A stretch of 64,000 nucleotides of DNA from positions 768,001 through 832,000 of the forward strand of contig OY763415.1 of NCBI GenBank assembly GCA_963667565.1, in the 5' to 3' direction. A program made the translations under genes and the position numbers. Positions 57,439 to 64,000 of this stretch are shown one piece after another; position 1 is the stretch's first letter, and each line of letters starts with the position of its first letter. The notes beneath the pieces are model-generated. The model saw only the letters and a list, made by a program, of their open reading frames with translations. It was not told where the DNA came from and did no database searches. This DNA comes from Acholeplasmataceae bacterium. Its GTDB lineage: Bacteria > Bacillota_I > Bacilli_A > Acholeplasmatales > Acholeplasmataceae.

Positions 57439-58093
57439 TATGACAGATATCACCGTTTTTAAAATTCTTACTATTTTGGTTGTTTCAACGCTTTTAGGAC
57501 TCATCCTAAGATATGTATTCATATACACACACAGAAATGATGTTTATGATAAGTCATTTAGTCAGACATTGCTTTTACTTCCACTCGTTATTTCAATCAT
57601 TATCGTCTTAGTATCAGGTAACTTAGCAACTGCATTTAGCCTAGCTGGTGTATTTGCCTTAGTTAGATTTAGAACTGCAATTGCTGATTCAAGAGATATC
57701 ACTTATATCTTAAGTGCTGTTGGTATTGGACTTGCTATTGCAATGGGTTTTATGGATTATGCCATTGTCATTACAATATTTATTTCCCTATTACTTGTAA
57801 CAATCAGTATGTTTCAAAAGGATAAGACTAAAAGTCAAACTGCAAAACTTAAGATTATTGTTCCAGAAAATTTGAATTATGAGAATTTATTTGATGATAT
57901 TTTTAAAAGACATCTAGAAAATTTCCAATTACAAAGAGTAAAAACAACTGATTTTGGTACCATGTTTGAACTTACTTATTTGGTAAAATGTAGAATTGAT
58001 TTAAATCAAAAAGCACTTATTGATGATATTAGAGTTAGAAATGGAAATTTAAATGTCCAAATGACAACTGATTATCAATCCATAGCCGAATAA
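57410..58093 (+). CDS. DUF4956 family membrane protein
   Basis: AFSLAGVFALVRFRT and GIGLA..G motifs; overlaps the VTC gene, a usual pairing. Confidence 0.88.
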   Translation: MNTLLSLTLDMTDITVFKILTILVVSTLLGLILRYVFIYTHRNDVYDKSFSQTLLLLPLVISIIIVLVSGNLATAFSLAGVFALVRFRTAIADSRDITYILSAVGIGLAIAMGFMDYAIVITIFISLLLVTISMFQKDKTKSQTAKLKIIVPENLNYENLFDDIFKRHLENFQLQRVKTTDFGTMFELTYLVKCRIDLNQKALIDDIRVRNGNLNVQMTTDYQSIAE

Positions 58094-58121
58094 AAAGGTT
58101 GAGAATTTCTCTCAACCTTTA
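58094..58121. terminator. Bidirectional intrinsic terminator
   Basis: AAGGTTGAGA...TCTCAACCTT between convergent genes. Confidence 0.8.
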
Positions 58122-58129
58122 TTTTTATA

Positions 58130-58666
58130 CTAAAACCAACGATGGAAAAACATATCTCTAAATGTTTGAACCATCTCTTCTTCAAATTGAACAAATTTAT
58201 CTTGTATCTTAATCATTGAATGATTCATATCTAAATCTCTTGTGTCATCATTGTTTTCTTCTGCAATTTGTTGAAAGTGTTCAATTAATTCTTGTCTATT
58301 CGTTTGTGTTGATGATTGGTTGATAATATCACCATGACATATGATTTGATGATGAAACTCACTACGTTTACAAAGCATTTTCCCTTGAGTTTCTTCTTTT
58401 TCTATTAAGTATTGATAACTAAATTTAATATCATGAAATCTTTTAGATAACATTTTCACTTCATCTATGATGTCTTCTTCACTCTCAAAGTCATATGTAT
58501 CAAAATCAACTTTAATATGACTTAAGTGGTGTTGTTTTTGTGGGTTAATCATTTCTAAATCAAGTAAATTTAAATGTCCTTCTTTGTGAGTTTCCAAAAA
58601 AGCCTTTACTTCTACAAGTTCAGTATCGTTTCCTAAAATTCTTAATTTATTCAAAACTTTAATCAT
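58130..58666 (-). CDS. Hypothetical protein
   Basis: Long ORF with a GAGGTG RBS; no recognised motif. Confidence 0.65.
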   Translation of the reverse strand: MIKVLNKLRILGNDTELVEVKAFLETHKEGHLNLLDLEMINPQKQHHLSHIKVDFDTYDFESEEDIIDEVKMLSKRFHDIKFSYQYLIEKEETQGKMLCKRSEFHHQIICHGDIINQSSTQTNRQELIEHFQQIAEENNDDTRDLDMNHSMIKIQDKFVQFEEEMVQTFRDMFFHRWF

Positions 58667-58809
58667 TGATATCACCTCTTTATACCTTTATTATATGCCT
58701 AGTTTGCAATAATTCAAGTTACACACATGCTTTTTACACACTTTGATATCATTATCAAATCTATGACATTTGACTAAAAGTCATGATAAAATAGTAAAGA
58801 GGTATTCTT

Positions 58810-60279
58810 ATGATTTTATGGAAAAATGGACATATACATACATTAAATGATACTAATGATATATATCATAATATGGTCACATCAAGTGGTGTGATTATTT
58901 CATTTGATCATGCCAAAGATTTAGCATATGATCAGATTATTGATTTAAAAGGTGCACATGTCTATCCAGGATTTGTTGATGCTCACATGCATATTTTGGG
59001 ATATGGAGAAATGCTTTCTCAAATATCTTTAGCTCATGTAACTAAAAAACAAGAGCTTATCAGTTATATCAAAAAAAACTTAACAGAAACAACCTATATT
59101 TTTTATGGTCTAAATCACATTGATTTTACCAAGAACGACTTAGATCAAATCTCATTGACACTTCCAATCATCATTAAACATGCTGATTATCACACCTATA
59201 CTGTTAACACGTGTGTTTTAGAGACGATAGGCATAGAGAGTAATGATGGATTACTTAATGAAGAACAGATTTTATTGCTCAATACTCATTATTTAAAATA
59301 TAGCATCTCTGATTTGGAAAATATGATTAAAAAAGCCATCGAAAAGCTTTATCAATATGGGATAACTGGAAGCCATTCTGATGATCTACATTATCACAAT
59401 GGATATGTTGAAACCATAGAAGCTTTTAAACATGTTTTAAACATCTATCCTTTTAGAGCACAGTTACTAATACATCATGAAGAACTTAAGCATTTTAAAA
59501 ATTCAAATGATTCATTTTTAGATCAAAACATGTATCTAGAACTAGGTGCAGTTAAGATGTTTTACGATGGCACATTATCCTCTAAAACCGCTTTATTAAA
59601 ACATCCTTATAATCGTTTAAATCATTGTGGCAAACAAGTAGTCTCTGATGATATATTTATTAATCAAGTCAAAGAAGCAAGAGATCTTTCTATGAATGTT
59701 GCCATTCATGTCATTGGCGACCAAGGTTTAGAAAACGTTATAGGTATTCTAAAAAAACATCCTCCTAAAAAAGGGTTATATGATAGAATTATTCATGCAT
59801 CTTTACTGACTGAAAACACACTTTTAGCGCTCAAAAATCTACCTGTCACAATAGATGTTCAACCCCAATTTATTTCAAGTGATTTTCCACAACACTTTGC
59901 CCTTTTTTCGCAAAAACCCGAGTATATATATCCATTTAATTCCATGCTAAAAGCTGGTTTAATGGTATGTGGTTCAAGTGATGCTCCCGTTGAAGATCCT
60001 AACCCACTTCTAGGTATGTATAACGCTGTAACAAGAAATCTTAACAATCAAGAACAACTATCACCAAATGAATGTATTTCAAGAATTGAGGCACTTAAAC
60101 TTTATACGACATATGCAAATATTCCTACTTATAAACAAAACAGAGGAAAAATTGGTATAGGTTATATTGCTGATTTTACGATATTCGACTCTGATATTTT
60201 AGAAGTTGATATCGAATCATTTAAACAAATAAAACCTATTATGACCGTTATTAATGAAAAAATAGTCTATAAAAAATAG
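58810..60279 (+). CDS. Amidohydrolase 3 family (YtcJ-like)
   Basis: PGFVDAHMH, K.F.DG, H.IGD, RIIHA, GSSDAP and ADF motifs. Confidence 0.92.
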   Translation: MILWKNGHIHTLNDTNDIYHNMVTSSGVIISFDHAKDLAYDQIIDLKGAHVYPGFVDAHMHILGYGEMLSQISLAHVTKKQELISYIKKNLTETTYIFYGLNHIDFTKNDLDQISLTLPIIIKHADYHTYTVNTCVLETIGIESNDGLLNEEQILLLNTHYLKYSISDLENMIKKAIEKLYQYGITGSHSDDLHYHNGYVETIEAFKHVLNIYPFRAQLLIHHEELKHFKNSNDSFLDQNMYLELGAVKMFYDGTLSSKTALLKHPYNRLNHCGKQVVSDDIFINQVKEARDLSMNVAIHVIGDQGLENVIGILKKHPPKKGLYDRIIHASLLTENTLLALKNLPVTIDVQPQFISSDFPQHFALFSQKPEYIYPFNSMLKAGLMVCGSSDAPVEDPNPLLGMYNAVTRNLNNQEQLSPNECISRIEALKLYTTYANIPTYKQNRGKIGIGYIADFTIFDSDILEVDIESFKQIKPIMTVINEKIVYKK

Positions 60280-60280
60280 A

Positions 60281-61150
60281 CTATTTTATTTTTTCTAAAA
60301 GCCAAGTCTCTGAAATCTCATCGTTTGAAATCTCATCACTTTCAATACAGGAAGTCGCTAAATAAGCTCCAGCTGTTAATGCTTTATCTATCGAATTAAA
60401 TTTTAAATACCCATATAGAAATCCACTAAAGAAATGATCGCCTGCACCATTAAAATCTTTGATGTGATTGGTCTTTATAACTTCCTTAGTATAAATATGA
60501 TCTTTCGTGTAACACTTTGCTGCTTGTTGTCCGTTAGTCGTTAGAAACAATTTGTTTTGATTTACCATTAAACTTGCAAAATCGCTGATTTCTTCTACTT
60601 GATCTAAACTCATGAGTAAGAAGTCGGCTGCATCAATATAATCGTTATAATAAGGATTTTTTAAGTCATAATCATGAATATCGACCCAAATAGGTTTACC
60701 TAATCTTTTAATAGTATCAATAAATCTTCTTGTGTAATTAATAATATTTAAGACAATTAAATCGGCATCTTTAATGGCTTCTAAAATTTGAGTTTCATTG
60801 ACTTGAGGTTCAAATGTACCACCATTTTCAAAAATGGATATTCTTTGTCCTAAATCGTCAATAAGATTTGTATGTGTTTTTGTACCTTGTGGATCAATAT
60901 CATATATAAAGTGAACGTTGTTTTTCTTCATCAGATCAATAATTTCTTTGCCATAAGGATCATCACCAATCATCGCGTGAAATGTTACATCAAAACCTAA
61001 CTTTGAAAGTGGTATTGATTTACCAATACCCGTCGAACCAATCGCTCTAATCGTTTTTTTAGGGAAAAGTGTTTGTGCTTTTGGTTCTGGTAAAAATGAG
61101 AAATGATAGATAGTATCATAACTTGCACCACCTAAAACAAATATCTTCAT
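60281..61150 (-). CDS. PfkB family carbohydrate kinase
   Basis: IGDD..G and D.NGAGD.F.SG motifs; the true start is MKIFVL (RBS AAGGAG), since the longer ORF runs through the tRNA. Confidence 0.9.
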   Translation of the reverse strand: MKIFVLGGASYDTIYHFSFLPEPKAQTLFPKKTIRAIGSTGIGKSIPLSKLGFDVTFHAMIGDDPYGKEIIDLMKKNNVHFIYDIDPQGTKTHTNLIDDLGQRISIFENGGTFEPQVNETQILEAIKDADLIVLNIINYTRRFIDTIKRLGKPIWVDIHDYDLKNPYYNDYIDAADFLLMSLDQVEEISDFASLMVNQNKLFLTTNGQQAAKCYTKDHIYTKEVIKTNHIKDFNGAGDHFFSGFLYGYLKFNSIDKALTAGAYLATSCIESDEISNDEISETWLLEKIK

Positions 61151-61172
61151 GATTCTCACTCCTTTTTTAACA

Positions 61173-61249
61173 TGGTCGGGACGACAAGATTTGAACTTGC
61201 GACCTCTTGCACCCCATGCAAGCGCGCTACCAAGCTGCGCCACGTCCCG
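61173..61249 (-). tRNA. tRNA-Pro(GGG)
   Basis: CGGGACG acceptor stem, anticodon arm CTTGC-ATGGGGT-GCAAG, GTTCAAATC, CCA. Confidence 0.97.
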
Positions 61250-61319
61250 AGTAATATTATTATAACATGTAATAAAATAAAAAAACTCAATCTTTTGATT
61301 GAGTTTTATCTATAATTGT

Positions 61320-62642
61320 TTATTTTGCAAGTGCACCCATTGGGTCCCATGGTTTTAATACTTTTGGTTCTGCTTCCCAATCTTTAAGATTTTCTTTACT
61401 TAAATATTTTTTGTGAATGACTGCTTGATAGACATATTGATCAAACCAAGAATCAGATGCTAAGTAATAACCTTTTTGCCCACTGGTATCACCCCAGCTG
61501 TTTTCAATCTTCCATCTGACTGGTTTTGATTCCTCTAAATGAACTGCAGTAATCACCATTGCATGATTCATTGCACTTTGAGAATAGTCGAGTTGGTCTT
61601 TTTTATCAAGTTCAAAACTCATACCTAAAAGTTCGAAATCATAAGCTTTATCATCCCAAACTCCTGCTTGACGATCACCAAATCTAGCAACATCAGATCC
61701 AAACCATACCACTTCTCCATTAAGGAGTTGTTTAATAACAAGGGCTTTTAGTTCACTCATTTCAAGATTTAAATACTTTATATCATGTCCACCAACAACA
61801 TTACCTAAATATGAAACTGTATATGTCTTATTAAAAGGTTTGTCTTCTGTTGGTGAATTAATGATTGAAACATAGTTTTCAATTTGACCACCATAGATAT
61901 CTTCATAAAATGATTGTGGCGTTAAATTTTTAATGACTTGATACGTATCATTTGTGACATACTCAAAATCAAATGTTTTTGGTGGTTGTCCAAAACTTGT
62001 GACTAAAAAAGTATAAAACTCATCAAGAAATTGTTTTTTAACAGATGGAATTAAATCTTTTTTTCCTTCTTTAAATAATTTTCTAGCAGTTGCAGCATAT
62101 TGTCTAAGCTTAATATTGATTAAACGGTTCATAAATGCAGTCTTACTTGAAGCTACTGTTTCACTCATGGCATCTTGTGGTACAACACCATATTTTAAAA
62201 CAAGTGCAACAAACATATCCCATTGACCACCGTCTTGAATACCGGTTTTTAATAAGTGCTGAAGTGTGCGATCATCTTGATCTGCATCAAGAAAATCATC
62301 TATAGCTTCTATAAAATAATTAATTTTTTCAAATTTATCCCAAAATGCAGTATAGTTTTGTGACAATTCAAATGTCTTTAACCCATATTTTTTTGCAGCC
62401 TGTTCTCTAATGACATTAAGTCCTGCAAAAATCCAGCAACGCCCACTTTGCTTTTGGTTTGCAACTGGCATTGTTTTAATTTCATTTGAAAATTTAAATT
62501 GATTTTGTTGATAAACATCTTGTACTTCAAATGCAGTTTGCATGTCATTTTTGTATAAAACACGTTGTAATGCTTTTTGTACTGGTTTTTGATCATAGCT
62601 TTGGTTTAAGTGATCAATATCTTTAAATGTGATTGCTTTCAT
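61320..62642 (-). CDS. pepC: Aminopeptidase C (bleomycin hydrolase family, C1B)
   Basis: QKQSGRCWIFA, DGGQW, HAM, ENSWG and C-terminal WDPMGALA motifs. Confidence 0.96.
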   Translation of the reverse strand: MKAITFKDIDHLNQSYDQKPVQKALQRVLYKNDMQTAFEVQDVYQQNQFKFSNEIKTMPVANQKQSGRCWIFAGLNVIREQAAKKYGLKTFELSQNYTAFWDKFEKINYFIEAIDDFLDADQDDRTLQHLLKTGIQDGGQWDMFVALVLKYGVVPQDAMSETVASSKTAFMNRLINIKLRQYAATARKLFKEGKKDLIPSVKKQFLDEFYTFLVTSFGQPPKTFDFEYVTNDTYQVIKNLTPQSFYEDIYGGQIENYVSIINSPTEDKPFNKTYTVSYLGNVVGGHDIKYLNLEMSELKALVIKQLLNGEVVWFGSDVARFGDRQAGVWDDKAYDFELLGMSFELDKKDQLDYSQSAMNHAMVITAVHLEESKPVRWKIENSWGDTSGQKGYYLASDSWFDQYVYQAVIHKKYLSKENLKDWEAEPKVLKPWDPMGALAK

Positions 62643-62653
62643 GTTATGCCTCC

Positions 62654-64000
62654 TTAAACACCTAGTAATCTTTCATCGTTAAATGTTTCTACAATGGCAT
62701 AATCATTGTCTTTAACAATGACTAAACTTGTATTCACATAGTTAATAATATTTGAAACTCTTTGAGGTGGAACAGCAATAATTAACTGAATTGATAAACT
62801 ATTATAAAATTTCATCATCGCATCAATTCTTGATTCGTCCATATTATTAAATGCTTCATCGAATAAGACAAGACATCCTGAATCAACTCTTCTATTTTTA
62901 GATAATAGTTGTTGGAATGATGCTGCAATAACAATATAGAATGGAACTTGTGTTTCACCACCACTCTTTTCTCTAGATACTTTAGAGAAGAGTGATTTAT
63001 TACCATTTAAATTGGTAACTTCAATATCATAAGACATATAATTTCTATAATCTAAGAATTTATAAGTCAATTGATCATATTCTGGATTGCTTGATGCAAT
63101 TTTTTCAAACAATTCAGTTAAAATCGTTTCTTTACGCTTAGATAATCCTTCAGTAAATAGTGTATGTTTTTCAATCGCTTGATTACTCATGATGATATCA
63201 TAATATAATTTATAATCAGGATCATCACTTGCATTACAAATCAGTTGATATGAATCACTACCAAATGTTTTATCTGTAAGCGCATAGTTTAATTCAGCAA
63301 TTTGCTGTTGTGCATTTTCAATACTTGCACGAAGTTTTCCAACAAATTCTTCTTTAAATCCAATTTCAGAACTCTTTCTAAGATCAGTTGCTTCTTGTTC
63401 ATATCTAATGAGATCATTATTTCTAATCTTATTCGCTTCTTGTTCATAAACATCAAGACCTTCAAGTGATGGTTCTGCTCCAAAATGATAATTGAGGTTA
63501 TAATTTTTCATCAAGTTTTGAACATTAAATTCACCTTTAGTGATTTGTGATTGTAATGAAGCAGATGATTCAGACAAATATGCAGTTATCTTATCATGAT
63601 CTTGATCATAACGTTGTTTAAGTGCATAAAATTGTGTGTTGGCAATCGATAATTTTTCAGGATGTTTTTGACTTAATTCTTTTTGAGCTTGCATGAAATC
63701 ATCAAGCTTAATTTGAATATCATCAATTAAATCCATAATACGTTGACGATCATCTCTTTGTGTAGCAATCTTTCCAACTAAAATATCAGATTGAACACGT
63801 AAGTCTTTTCTACTGTCTTTAGCCTTTTCAATTTGTGTTTCTAATTGTGCTAAACTTTGATCTTTGCCAAGGGCATTAATTTGTTCTTCAATTTGTGTAT
63901 ATTCTCTTCTAGTTTGTTTAATTAAATCTAAATATCTAATTTGACCTTGATGAATCATTTGATTACTCTTAGATAAATTTAATAATCTAACAACCTTTGA
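62654..64000 (-). CDS. SMC-like Wadjet JetC/MksB ATPase, C-terminal part (5' end outside the window)
   Basis: Coiled coil, LDYR.Y, KSGGETQVPFY signature and LFDEAF..MD Walker B; the frame stays open to the window edge. Confidence 0.8.
   Translation of the reverse strand, partial: SKVVRLLNLSKSNQMIHQGQIRYLDLIKQTRREYTQIEEQINALGKDQSLAQLETQIEKAKDSRKDLRVQSDILVGKIATQRDDRQRIMDLIDDIQIKLDDFMQAQKELSQKHPEKLSIANTQFYALKQRYDQDHDKITAYLSESSASLQSQITKGEFNVQNLMKNYNLNYHFGAEPSLEGLDVYEQEANKIRNNDLIRYEQEATDLRKSSEIGFKEEFVGKLRASIENAQQQIAELNYALTDKTFGSDSYQLICNASDDPDYKLYYDIIMSNQAIEKHTLFTEGLSKRKETILTELFEKIASSNPEYDQLTYKFLDYRNYMSYDIEVTNLNGNKSLFSKVSREKSGGETQVPFYIVIAASFQQLLSKNRRVDSGCLVLFDEAFNNMDESRIDAMMKFYNSLSIQLIIAVPPQRVSNIINYVNTSLVIVKDNDYAIVETFNDERLLGV

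Noticed and set aside
61151..61243. N-terminal extension of the PfkB ORF
   Set aside because: It is read-through of tRNA-Pro sequence.
1468..63483. Many short antisense or nested ORFs in the track (e.g. 11250-11741, 38800-39180, 4486-4878)
   Set aside because: They lie within well-supported genes and show no RBS or domain motifs; treated as shadow ORFs.
1..64000. Genetic code 4 (TGA = Trp)
   Set aside because: Genes are full length under code 11, Trp is encoded by TGG, and TGA ends genes in ATGA overlaps.

Overview
AT-rich bacterial chromosomal window read in genetic code 11 (TGA serves as a stop, e.g. in ATGA stop/start overlaps). The gene content suggests a low-GC Bacillota/Acholeplasmatales-like organism; this is an inference. 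Most of the window is metabolic and transport genes on the minus strand, plus four tRNAs (Val-GAC, Ser-GGA, Arg-CCG, Pro-GGG). Five things stand out. (1) A c-di-GMP network: three tandem c-di-GMP-I riboswitches, each with its own terminator, sit downstream of two GGDEF-EAL genes and upstream of a membrane-anchored protein; a membrane GGDEF cyclase and an XRE-GAF-PAS-PAS-HD-GYP fusion lie elsewhere. (2) Two tandem cassettes each pair an MsrQ-like membrane cytochrome with an unstructured exported Ser/Thr-rich protein carrying D-x-x-[ST]-G-A-[ST] flavinylation-type motifs; one of these is an unannotated 50-aa micropeptide. (3) An accessory island of about 8.7 kb next to tRNA-Ser carries an RRNPP/Rgg-type regulator, an unannotated divergent 45-aa secreted peptide, a C39-peptidase ABC exporter, an HlyD adaptor, and two double-glycine precursor/immunity cassettes that arose by duplication with core swapping. 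A repeated 15-bp motif brackets this cluster and a RelE-type toxin-antitoxin pair lies at its edge. (4) A fluoride riboswitch leads a cation/H+ antiporter-Trk cluster. (5) The 3' end of a Wadjet JetC/MksB-like SMC gene has no jetD downstream. All calls come from reading motifs by eye; no database searches were run.
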